Positions 1 through 12,078 of a stretch of DNA of 64,000 nucleotides are shown piece after piece. A program made the position numbers and the translations under genes. Each line of letters opens with the position of its first letter. Position 1 is the stretch's first letter. This stretch comes from Camelus ferus. Taxonomy: Eukaryota. Below the pieces are notes generated by a model that ran no database searches, was not told where the DNA came from, and was given only the letters and a program-made list of their open reading frames with translations. The DNA is taken from positions 59,150,001 through 59,214,000 of the forward strand of contig NC_045697.1 in the NCBI RefSeq assembly GCF_009834535.1. The letters run 5' to 3'.

Positions 1-299
1 CTTTTAGGTAAAAAAAAAAAAAAAATCTAACTAAATAATTGGATATAGCATTATAACAATATATAAACAGGAAGATGAGTAAAAATTAATAACAAGTTCC
101 TATAAGGTAATTTAAATAATGATCACATCACTTAGCTTTTTACAATAAAATGAGAGTACAGCATATTAAAGTTGAAAGGGATATTATTTAATACAAACCC
201 TTTCCTTGCACCTCAATAAGCTGAAGCCAGAAAGAGGCAAGCTCTGGCCTACACTTCCCAGCTGGGAAGGGGTGTAGCAGAAGCTTAGACTGGCATCTA

Positions 300-812
300 A
301 CTGGTTTCTCCACCTCCCCTCTTCATGCCTCCTCCAATTACATCTACACAGAACAGCCAACGTGATCTTTGTCAAACGAAAATCTGATCTTGTTACAACC
401 TGGCTTAAAACCTTTAATGACTGCCCACTGCTCCTAAGATAAAGGCCAAAATACTTAAAAAACAGACGACACATTATGGACTCCCATTTACTTTCCTAGC
501 ACGTTTCACGTCACCTCCTCTCTCAATCCTGTGTTCCAGCTACTAGGACCTTCCCGCAGTTTCTCACATGAGCTGAGCTCTGTCTCACCCTAGGCTTTGA
601 TTCCCTTCTTCAGGAAGCCTGTCTGCTTGACCAACTCCTTCACATCCTCCAGGGCTCAGCAGGATGAGAAAATCTCTCATCTGGATGGCCTGAGATCCTT
701 AGAGAAAATATTCCCGTAAAACTCATTATTTTCCCTTTTCTAATCTCTATCACAATTATACTTAATTTTGTCACACAGGAAGCACACAATAAACGTTGAC
801 AAATGGATGAAA
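300..812 (+). mobile_element. LINE-2 fragment
   Basis: cagccaacgtgatcttt...aaatctgatc...ggcttaaaacctttaatg; decayed L2 tail caataaacgttgacaaatggatgaa. Confidence 0.7.
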
Positions 813-1729
813 AAGATTAATGGTTCCAAACTTACTATCTTCTTACTATTTTCCCTATATTAAAAACTGTATTCTGCTAAGATAATTTTCTTAAACCACA
901 CTTATTTATCATTTTGCTCATAGAATTAATGAGCAATATCTTAAACTAATATCATTTGTTTTCTAGAACATACTTTACCATTATTTTATTAATATTCGAT
1001 GATTTGTTCTAAATAAAAATACAGTCAGTTTTATCATCACACACTGTGGAAAGCCTTCAAATATTTAAATGATAAGTTTAATTCTAGCAGTGGAGATATG
1101 ACAGTCTACTGTCTTTACTAAATGATAATCTCTCTTAACAGCTGTTTTCCAGATTGGTGTTTTACTGCTGTTCCTTGACAAGTAAGAGTCATAACCATAG
1201 CACTGCCAAACTTGAGCACTGGTATTCCTAAAGCTAGTTCCTACATTTCTACAGAGTTTCTGTGGACATAAGCCAGTGGGGACAGGGAGAAGTTAGACTA
1301 AAAATGAACAGAAACCAACCTTCTGGAGTAAAACTCCCTCCTAGTCACAGACACACATTTATATATCTCTAAAAATAAACTAAGAAATCTTGGTTTCAAT
1401 ATCTGTATAGATTTGACATACCCTCCTCATCTCAAATTACAGTGCCTTGTCCATTCTTTATGGTCAACAGATAGTTTATGATATTCTGAAATTTAATACT
1501 ATAGGCAGACAACTGATATTAAACCATTCTGTGTTCACTCAGTTCCTCTGTAAAATGAAAAATTCGGGGGTGCTGTCCCTATTGCCAAATCAAGGTAACT
1601 ATGCTTAATTTTCTTCCCTTTACTCACCTCTATTAACCTCCTCCACTAGAACATGCCTGGGTCTGTGATGAGCTCTTCCGATGACAGAATGTGAAGGGAG
1701 CAGTGAACCAGCACATTCTCCAGGGCTGC

Positions 1730-2020
1730 CTACTCAACCTTCACATCTTAGCTCAAACGTCGCCCGCTCTGGGAAGTCTCTGCAGACCAGCCCACCTCCA
1801 ACTCAGACAAGGTCTGATCCTGCTCCACCTCACAGCATCCTGGGCTTAACCTTTGTAGCACTTACCAGATTTTAACAAATAATGCATTATAGATACCTCG
1901 CCTAACACTTCATTTCCATGATTTTGCAAGTGCTAAAGGCAGAGGCTCTTTCTGCCATGTTATGCTCCACAGTCCTGGCACCCAGCAGACATCTGGTACG
2001 AACAAATACATAGTGAATGA
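1730..2020 (+). mobile_element. LINE-2 3' fragment
   Basis: tcttagctcaaacgtc...cctggcaccc...gtgaatga. Confidence 0.55.
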
Positions 2021-2144
2021 CAAAATTAATAACTTAACAAAGCTGGCCTTTTGAGAAGTGCAGGAAAGCAGAACAATTTAGAGTTCCACTTAAAAGAAGA
2101 TAGCCAATTCAACGACCTATTAAAATTAACTATAAAAGCGGTCG

Positions 2145-2305
2145 GTATGCTATACATTTTGTGTACATCATCTCATTTAATCCTCCCAATAAAGGTAAGT
2201 ATTATTTTTATCCCCATTTTGCACATGAGAAAACTAAGGCTTGGAGAGGGGGAGTAACTTTCCCAGCATCATATGCTATACAGAGAGAGGGTTGGAAATC
2301 ATGTC
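2145..2305 (-). mobile_element. MIR SINE
   Basis: atctcatttaatcctc...tatccccattttgcacatgagaaaactaaggc (MIR core). Confidence 0.75.
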
Positions 2306-4502
2306 CTTCTGTCTCTTTTCTACTTTACCTCTTTGCTTCTCTCATGAGCATACGTTACATTGCTGCATTTTGTACTTCTCTCCATGCAGTATTTACTTTC
2401 AGTAAAGATCATCACATGCAAGTTAATGCTTAAGCCTTAAAATAATTTTAATACTTTTAAGTAAATAAATCCAGCCATGTGAATAAAAAAGGAGTCAAAG
2501 AGAAACATTAAGTATATACTAAGTGTATCAATGTATACGCTTCCACTTTATAAATGAAGAGATGGTGAAACTGCCTTTGTACAATGTAATAGTACTGTGA
2601 GCCCAAAGCTCTGGATGTAGAATTTATTTTATCTATAAACATAAGGGAAATAAAGCTGATATAAAAAACGCTATCAAATCCTATTTCATATCCTCAAATG
2701 ATTTACTATTAAATAAAACTTATTAGTATCCTCAATAATAGGGAAATAAAATATAGAGAAATAGGAGAGAAACGTACTAGATTCCTTAACATTTGTAAAG
2801 AATGTAAAATATCTTCACCATGTCACTTTCTTTTAAACCTTCAAGAAAAGAATGTATAACCTATTTTATCTTTTGAAAATATGCTAATACCACAATACCA
2901 TAGCTCAGCTCTTTAAGACGAATGTAATGTGAAAATTCTTATAAAATCAACTACCTATTAAGGTAAGTTTTTGGAAAGATTAACTTGTAAACAAAGGTAT
3001 TCTATTCTAATGAACTTTATCCATGTTATTTTACCTTGTGGATGTTTTGGAGAGAAAGAACACGTAGTCCTACCCCCTAACTACAAGGAAACAGACCTTG
3101 AGAAGTTACATGACCAATGTGGTGCAGCTACCGAGAGATGATGCCTGAAGTCAGAAATGAGAATTCTCTAGAGCAAGGCTGAGAAATCCACTGATAAAAG
3201 GCAGCAAGTGCTATAAACCATCCACGTCACTTTGGGCAAGACAGTTCAATTCCTGACAACTAGTTACTTTTATTTTTATTTGTATAAATACCCATTGATT
3301 AGTAAATGGGGAATTGCTAATCAACAATTTAATTTTTTTGAGCAAACAGAGCGTACAAGAGTGTGTCTTTTAAGATTCCTTCCATGCCTTTATTATTCCA
3401 CATGCAGGTACAGAGCAGTTTTCAATGGCACTTGAATTTATCTTGCAACAGTAACTTCAAAAATTGCTTTCATGTTCAATTGTTTCTTCTAGGTCCATAA
3501 AGCACATTCATGCAGTTATACATTCATTATTAATCTAGCATTAAACTTGGTCTCATAAATATGTTCTGATACAGATTTAAAGAAAATAAAGAAAGTGAAG
3601 TAAGAATTGGTTTCCAATTTGACTGCTAGAAATGTACCTTAAATATATGTCTTTCAGATTGGAAGCAGAAATCACAAAGATGCTGCCTGAAGTAGAACTC
3701 GTTAGTCCCTCTTACTGAAAAATGAACTAATGAAATTAAATTCTGTAGGTATTGGCATTATTGTAAAAATGATAAAAAGTTGCATCATATGCCTACTATT
3801 TTCCTCTTCTATTTGACTTAAGCACTACTAAATACCTCATATTTTGTACCTCACTCTTATTCTTATAGACAGACCTCCACCTGAACTTAAATCTAGCAAA
3901 ATTTGAGTTCTTGTTCACTAATTATGAGCCAGAATGTTCTGTTTAGTTACTTTTCTTTACTGATCTCTCTCTCTCTCCTTTTATAGACAAACTTCAATTA
4001 CTATAAATGTGTTTACTGACAATTTACTCCTCCTTCTCATCCTTAAATTTTAGAGTAGCCCACACCAAGCCCACTGATTTTCTTGTTCCCTTAGAGGTTT
4101 GGTACAGAAGAGCTCTGTTAAATTGATTTTTTTTTTTAGATGAACTTAAGAGATAAGTCCACTCAGAGTGGAGAACAAAACTAAGAAAGTTTATGGGAAC
4201 ATAAAGTAGATGCTGGACCTCTTAATTCTTCATAAATCAGTTTCATCGTTTGGTTTTGTTTTAATATTAGATTAAAATCAAAGACTTTAGGCATAGTCCT
4301 ATTTAAATGTTAATAGTCAGTAAATTTCATTTTTATTACTATTTAGTTGCCCTCAGATTTTATACATTGATATAAATGAGTTAGTAATTCCTAAGAATTA
4401 TCAAACAATTGGTAAATACTAGCTTTATTAACTATAAATAACCAAGAATTATTAACTACTAACTATATACAACTGAGAGTTAACAATTCTCAAAAATTTC
4501 CC

Positions 4503-4796
4503 TAAACAAACTTATGGTTACTTGGGGGGAAAGGGTGTGGAAAGGGATAAATTTGGAGTTCAAGATGTGCAAATACTAACTACTATATATAAGACAGATA
4601 AAAAACAAATTCCTTCTGTATAGCACAGGGAACTGTATTCAATACCTTGTAACAACCTATAACGAACAAGAATTTGAAAACAAATATATGTATGTATATG
4701 TATGACTGAAACAGTATGATCAGAAATTGACACACTGTAACTGACTCTACTTCAGTTTTTTTAAAGAAATAACTGATAGGCTAGAAAAAAAAAGGA
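4503..4796 (+). mobile_element. 5'-truncated LINE-1 3'UTR (artiodactyl/camelid type)
   Basis: L1 3' end motifs (gggataaatttggagtt...tactaactactatatataa...tgtatagcacagggaact...atgtatgactgaa); A-rich tail; approximate TSD aaaaattt(t)ccc at 4492-4502 and ~4798-4809. Confidence 0.85.
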
Positions 4797-6599
4797 AAAA
4801 AATTTTCCCAAAAGAAGATGAGTATGCACAGAGGACAGTAACACATGTGGATCATTGTAACCAAGCAATAAAAGTCAAATAGTCATTATTTATTCTTTGT
4901 CCTAATAATTTGACATTTGTAGTACATTTGTGCTAATTTGAATCTGTGCTACAGAAATCATCAGACAATGGGCCAAGCTTTATGTTACTTATCCTAGCAA
5001 AATATAACAGCCCACATGAATAAGGAAATGTTTAAATAAATCATAGTGTGCCCACACTATGAAGTATTTTACAGTATTAAAAATGGTGCTCTCAAAAATT
5101 AGTGGCATTGGGAAACTGGAGAAAATTATACAAACTGTATACATATTTTAACCTCAATTCTACTAAAACAAACACACACCCACATAAAATACAGATAAGT
5201 CATGGATAAAATACATGGATAATCAAGCCAAAAACGTGTGAAAAAACCTCTGCACACTGAACACTGCAATGAACAATTATATTATGATATACTGGTTGTT
5301 TTCCATTTTGACTTTATGTATCTCTGTGTTTCACAAGTATTCAATGTGAGCATCTACTATAATCAGAAAAAAAACTTTTAAAAATATGATCATTGAGAAT
5401 GTGGAATAAGGTGCACTGGGAAGAATAAATAGGAATTAAAATTCAGCTATTACTGGCACCCAAGTAGAATCAAAAGAGCACACATATATGATATACATGA
5501 GTGTAGCACAAATCCCAGAATAAATCTACCAAGCTAAGAGTTGCAGAAAAGGAAGTAACTCAGCAAGATTACTAAAACAAAGCAGATGGCTTAGCATACC
5601 ATCCTTTGACAGTGACACTATGAGTCCTTCACACAGAGCGTTCATTCACTTGTAATAATGTAGGTTAATTTCTCATTTATAAATCTAATGCTTTCTTTCA
5701 TACACCATTACTTTTTTGTTGTTGCTCTATCTCAACCCCTATTTTCAAGGAAGAAAACACACATACACACTACTGCAATTTCACCATCATCCATTATTCA
5801 GTAAGAGTCTCATTGAATAAGTGTCTGCTTAGAGGCTCTAAGCAAATTTCATTTCTGAACACAACTGTCTGCAGCCCAGCAGGCTGTTTCGCCCAGATAT
5901 GATCACACATTTAATCAAATGCACCAAAAACAGAAATACTCCCAAAGTCTGCTTAATAATGTCAAGTCATAAAAATACAATGTTGACAGCCTACTAATTT
6001 TTAGGGCTCTTTCTTCTTCAAGGGTTTGCAACAATGAGGAAAGAGTTCTTCTAATTAGGGTATCTACCTACCTTTAAAAATTCTCCCAGATTATTTTACA
6101 TTACTATTTATATATAGTTGGTAATTTAAAATGAAAAGTCAACACAATTTTCCATTTCAAATAAAGAAAAAAATAATAAAAACCAATAAATGTAAGAGGT
6201 TCTCCCAACTTATATGAATGATGGCTTTAAAGCACCATTTTACTTCGGCTGGCCAAGAGGCAGCATTAAACACTACCCAGACTCTAGGTTTTGTAATAAT
6301 GGATCCATAGTAGACGTCTGTCATTTCAATAACATTATTATTGGATAGGTTGAAGTAAATTTCCATTGGATTCTGTAGCTAATAAAGTTATCCACACAGT
6401 TATTTGAAATATTCTACATGATGTACTTTTGAATATCCTGCCTCTAAACATAAGGTTTATTGAATAAACATATATTCCCATCAGTAGTATGACATAATGA
6501 GTACACCAGCGAGTGTAAAACAATTAAATGTCTCAAACAGATGGATGGATTCATATCTGTAAACCCATTTTTTCTGCTTTTACTTCTATTTGCATTTAC

Positions 6600-6845
6600 T
6601 TTATGCTATATTTATTCCCATGCCGTAAGTTTTTGTTTCTTCAGTTTCTCCTGGGATCTTTTTCTTCTGTGAAACTTCCACTTCTGGTTTAAGTATAATG
6701 TGTTCCTTTTCAGTAAGAACCATCCCAGTGTAGCTGGTGGAGTTCATACATAAGTTATTTCAACCATCAGTTCTGTGCCCAGTGGCACATTTTGGGGGCT
6801 TTTTCACCTGGATGTACTCAGTGCCTAAACAATCTTTATTTAAAC
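6600..6845 (-). other. Putative second, non-coding (5'UTR) exon; 3' boundary uncertain
   Basis: Minus-strand acceptor TTCCATTTTCATCTTTTTCTGCCAG|GTTTAA (exon starts 6845), then unique purine-rich sequence. Candidate donors: AAA|GTAAAT (6600) or AAG|GTAGGT (6072). Confidence 0.55.
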
Positions 6846-9484
6846 CTGGCAGAAAAAGATGAAAATGGAAAATACCTCTATCTCGGTTCATGCCCTTTTC
6901 ATGGGCCTCATGTTTTAAATACATAGTTTAAATCTTTTACTTCAGCAGCAGAAAAAAAATTTTTTTTTCACATTTAAACTGGCATTTTTAAGCATGAGTA
7001 ACAAAAATTCAGCACTCTATGTACCACTGAACCTGTCTCCAGTGTCCCTGTTTGGCACTGAACACTGGTAACTCCACCACTGAATGACGAAATGGCATAC
7101 GTTGTTTATGTAAATGACGGCTTTCAGATATTTGGTGGCTTTTCAGATATGCATAGCCTTGAAAACTTGGGCAGTTTCACAGGTGTTCTTAAATCCAAAA
7201 ATTTGAATCCTTTGATTTGCATGTTTTTGTTGGGTTTTCTGGGTCAAGTGAGTAGGAAACCATGTTCCACAATCATTTTGGCTGCTTACAAGAAAAGAGT
7301 AACCCATTTTTAATGGTTTTCCTAACCAGTCCTTCTAAAGCCTGGTCTGTCTGAGTTAACAAAGGATCACTGTAGTGGACATTCAGGTTTTATCAGCCCC
7401 TCTACCTTTTACTACAGACAAGATCCCTCTCTTAAATAGGCCTTTCCTTCATCAAGCCATTTGTCCTCCACAGAGGAACTGCAATATCCTTACTGACTCC
7501 ACTAAGCTGGTAACAGTAGACCAATTTAAAGCTGGGTACTTAATTCAGCCTGTGGTGAAAGGTTTAGAAGAAGGAATAGTGGTGGTGTGCATAGGGGCAT
7601 GCACCTGGTACAGAATCTTAGTGGTATTCAAGGTGCTAATTTCTTCTGATACCCAGGTAAACCCTGATCCTTCCCTAAGATTTTTTAAGTGAGAAACACA
7701 ATAACTTCCCAATAAATTAATCACTATGGTCTAAAGCTAGTTGGAGGTGTCTTTGCAATTAAAATAAAAATAATGAATACACCCATTCTATCAAAATTTT
7801 TAAGTTGAATTTAAGTCCATATGACAACTGAGGCATTATCATAAAATATGCAGCATTTTGGAATAATTACAAAATAATATTTAACAATAATATGTAAAAT
7901 TTATTGAAAATGAAAGTAAAATTTAACAGAACATACCTCAAATTCAAAAAACTATATTATTTTAAAAGACAATGGATGCTACAGCTCTTCTTCCAAAGTC
8001 AATTATGAGTGAAATGATTAAAATTCAACAGACAAATTCAACTGAAGAGTTAAAGCCAATATAAAGACAGTCTGTAGATATACACATGCCTCATGTTAAC
8101 ACAAACCTATTTCTCAATAGACTCTTTGTCCACTCCTGGGAGTCATGATCAGTATTCTGAGTCAAGGTTCAAACAACAAGTATCAGCCACTGACAAATCA
8201 AGAACACTGAAAATATGAAAAAACAAAAGACAGAAATGTAAACCGTTGAGCCCTTCCATTCATTCCAGAAATAAAATCTCATTCAAAAAGATGACCATCC
8301 ATCAGGACCATTTGCTCTCATCCAAAAAGTATTTGGAAGAGCTTTGAGGAAAGGAAAAGGGGAAAAAACCTAACCAAACCAAAACAAAACAGGAGACTGT
8401 TGAAAAACCTCTTACAGGGTCAGCTGTCAATGGAATGCATTTTAGTATTCAGGTTACCCACCCACGCAGAACATCAAAAACTGGGCTTGAGTCTCTCCCC
8501 TATTCTCACAGATCCAGGCTACTGTGCAGCCACTGGGGCTGTCTTGAATAGTAACACACTTTGCCTCTGCGGGGTGCATAAACACCAACACAAGCTGATC
8601 AAACAGGAGGGGGTGTCGTTTCCACTTGGCTTTGGTTTTCTTGAGTCACACTTTAAAACACTTAAGTCTGGTACAATTCGGCAAGTCAGCCGTCCAATGT
8701 GCAGTTTATTTTTTCATTCATTTTTACCACCTGCCATGTTGTACTCTTTCCGCCTCAACATAAACGCGAAATGATTAGATGTTAAGAGACACACATTTTA
8801 ATAACTTCCCTTACTGGCAATTGTCACTGAAATACAGATGTGAATTCCAAAATATGGACTTAATTATGACCCTTTCCATACTTCTAGCATTTAAAGCAAC
8901 TTTGGAATCTGAATTTTAAGGGTTCATCTGCATTTACAGCAATCTTATGAGGACTTGAACTTTGGGATTATAAATCTTTTAAAAGTATGGGAAATTCTTC
9001 AATCTTGGAAGTTTATGATGATTTAGTTACAACATGGTAGAAAATTCTGATGCAGTTAAAGCTTAAAGAGCTGCTGACACCATGTGAAAAGATGATCAGG
9101 AGTTTAATTTAAAATGTCTTAAGTTAAATTGCTACTTTCATTTTATACCTGATTTAAAGTCGATCTTCAGCCATGGCACTTGGTCGCTGTCAAAAATATT
9201 TTCCTGTCAGGATTATGATTTGGGGGGAGAATAAGTAGCACAGCATAACATTTTAAGTTTAAGAGGAAGAGCTCAGAAATAGGTACTTAACTAAAGGTTA
9301 AAAAGGAGAGAGGGAAAGAACACGGAAAAGACAAAAGATACATGTGAAACCTTTCTCTCCTGCCTAAGAAAATGCTATTGATTTTCATAGCTCATCCAGA
9401 ATTCTTCAATAAGAAAATGATACTTAATTTAACGAAGTTTGCTGAGTACTAGTAGTTAGGGACATTTCTAATTATACTATGACT

Positions 9485-9670
9485 AATAATAATAGGTACC
9501 ATTTATTAAATGCTCTTTCTGTCAGGTACTTTTCTATTTACTTCCTATTCCTCACCCCAAACCAGCAATGTAGATTTTATCACCTTTATTTTACAAACAG
9601 AGATGACAGAGCTAGCAAGTCGTGGAACTGGGACTGTATTCAAATGTCTTTTATTCCAAAGGCCATTTCT
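9485..9670 (-). mobile_element. MIR SINE
   Basis: taataataggtaccatttattaaatgct...attttacaaacagag. Confidence 0.55.
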
Positions 9671-10499
9671 GAGCAGTTCATAATTAGAGACAGTGGCCAG
9701 CTATGCCCACTAAGGAGCATAATGTAGTTTCAACAACACTAAATCAGGATTAGCCAAAGTGCTGCAGAAAGTCAGTGCTACACTACTAATTTCATAGTGG
9801 AAGGCCTGAGTCAAGAATTACACTAGCCATGAAATATGCCTCCTCAAATATATATATATAAATAAACGTATCTATGAAGATACATATATCTATGAAGTTT
9901 TCAAATAAATGTCAGTGCCATTCAGAAGTATTACAGGTCTTCTTTAAATCTTAGCATCTAGTGAAATGAATCTCTATGTAGGGCTTCTGTAACACACTGG
10001 GCCTATCCCCACTTATCAACAAACTGAACTGCAGTATATAATTACCCAAGGATCCTTTTCATTGAAAATGTCCTATTGTGATGCTTAGATAGTGATTAAC
10101 ACACTAGGAGTATAGTGAGTCTAGATATCACTTCAGAAAAGTGATTTCTTCCCTAATAATTCCCAAGATACATAAATATTCAATTAGGGTCTTTGAAATC
10201 TAGTTTTAATTGGATATTCAACCTCTACTGAATTTCAAAGTTTGCCCAAGCTAAAAAAAGGTGTTTTATTAATTCTTACTATACCAAAAAAAAAAAAAAA
10301 CCAAAACTCTTCATGAGTTTTCAGGTGTAAGGGTAAAATAAAGCCAAGATTATCATTTATATGAAATTGTCAAATTTAATAGCATTTTAAGACATACTCT
10401 AAAGCAATAAGGTAAAACATAATTGCATGTCTGAATCACATAATCACATGGGGAACTGATTAAGTTTCCTGTGATATTCATGAGACATAGTAAATAATA

Positions 10500-10750
10500 A
10501 TAATGATAGCAAATAGTTGCATGCCATATTACATACCTGGAACTATCTTAAGAAATTTGCAAATATTTTCCCATTAAATTTTCCCAACAACCTATGAATT
10601 AGGTACAGTTGTTGTACCTACCCACTGAAAGCTACCAGGAAATTGAGGAATAGAGATAGACTCAGCATACTGTCCAAAGTCAAATAATTTACCAAGCCTA
10701 GGGAAATATACCACAGAGTCCCTTCTCTTCAGGACTACACCATTCTGCCT
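10500..10750 (-). mobile_element. MIR SINE
   Basis: aacaacctatgaattaggtac...ggaaattgagg...tgtccaaagtca. Confidence 0.55.
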
Positions 10751-11041
10751 CTCCAGATATCAGAATATCAAGACCTACATAATAAATTTTCCCAGTAGCT
10801 CCTCTGCTGGAGACCTGCAGCTTTAAAGTTGCCATTTCACTAACTGGGAACCAAAAATACTAAGAACAAGCTTTCTTTAGAAAGAGAAAAGTGAAAATGT
10901 CAAATAATTAATAAAATACCCATCTGGCTGTGTCTCTAAAGCTTAAGAAGCTACTTGTTTTCTCAGCCTAGATAGCCCTGTATATGGTCCAATGAGATGA
11001 CACTTTTGAGTACAAGGAGGCAGATCTTGAAAAGTCAACAT

Positions 11042-11392
11042 CAGCGGTTCTCAGATTGATTCCAGGATCCTTTTACACACTTGAAAATTGATGACTTACA
11101 GCAACTTTTAATTACGTTGGTTATAACTATCAATAGTTACATATTAATAGTTAAACTGGTAAAATTTTAAAACACAGGAATACACCAGCACACATGCCAT
11201 ATGCCATCAAAGCAATGATGTCATCACGTATCATGTTACCTTCTGGAAAACTCCACTGTACACTTGTTAAGTATGAGTGTGAAAGGCAAATAGCATCTTA
11301 GCATAATCATGAAAATGCTGTTCTCTTCATAGACCCTCTGAAAAGGTCTCAAAGACCCACAGGTTTCCCCAGAACACACTTTAAGAAGAAAG
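11042..11392. mobile_element. hAT-Charlie non-autonomous DNA transposon
   Basis: CAGCGGTTCTCA terminus; opposite end gaccctctgaaaaggtctc...cacactttaagaa matches Charlie1-type ends. Confidence 0.7.
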
Positions 11393-12040
11393 GACTGTCT
11401 GTTCTACAAAATAACTGACACAGAAGATTTACCAGACAACAATATTCAGTTGGTTGATTTAATTTTCCATCCCCAAGATAATGTTCACAATAATTAGGAT
11501 TACCACCAACAATATTCCATTTAAATTCTTAAATATTGTGGACCAAATGTTAACTTCTTCTAATATATACTTATAATCATTCTTATGAAGAAATCTGTTA
11601 CTATTAAACTACATTATTGTTTTAATAAGACATAAGATAAATTAAGATCTATAGAATCTGTTATGATCAAACATAGGAAGAACTCTCCCTTTTCACCCAT
11701 TCCCTAAAACAAATGGAGAATTTCGATTAATTCAGAGTAGGACAGCTAATTTTTTTTTACATATTTTTTATTTGTGAGTGCACAAGCACACTTAACAATT
11801 CTAAGAAAAAATTACACCTGGTTACTTCTGCAGTAGAAGAGTTACTTTTATTGGGCCACACAGACACTTAGACTAGGGTAAAGTTATTAAAGGATGGGGG
11901 GATATGCATATATTTCAACTCATCAATGCTATTCACAGGCATGCCTGCACTCTTCTCTCAAACTGACCAATAATATCAATATCCATATCACAGTCAAAGG
12001 AAAATCTGGATTTTTCCCCATTGATCAACAGCTCCCTAAC

Positions 12041-12041
<1 letters not shown>

Positions 12042-12075
<34 letters not shown>
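12042..12075. repeat. (AC)17 microsatellite
   Basis: Read directly. Confidence 0.97.

Positions 12076-12078
<3 letters not shown>

Noticed and set aside
1140..1187. Plus-strand 29-nt micro-exon pattern (ttttccag...caa|gtaaga)
   Set aside because: Opposite to the inferred gene strand, with no supporting exons; such motifs arise by chance.
6157..6523. 61- and 69-aa minus-strand ORFs as coding exons
   Set aside because: No recognisable protein or flanking splice sites; UTR/intron-like composition.
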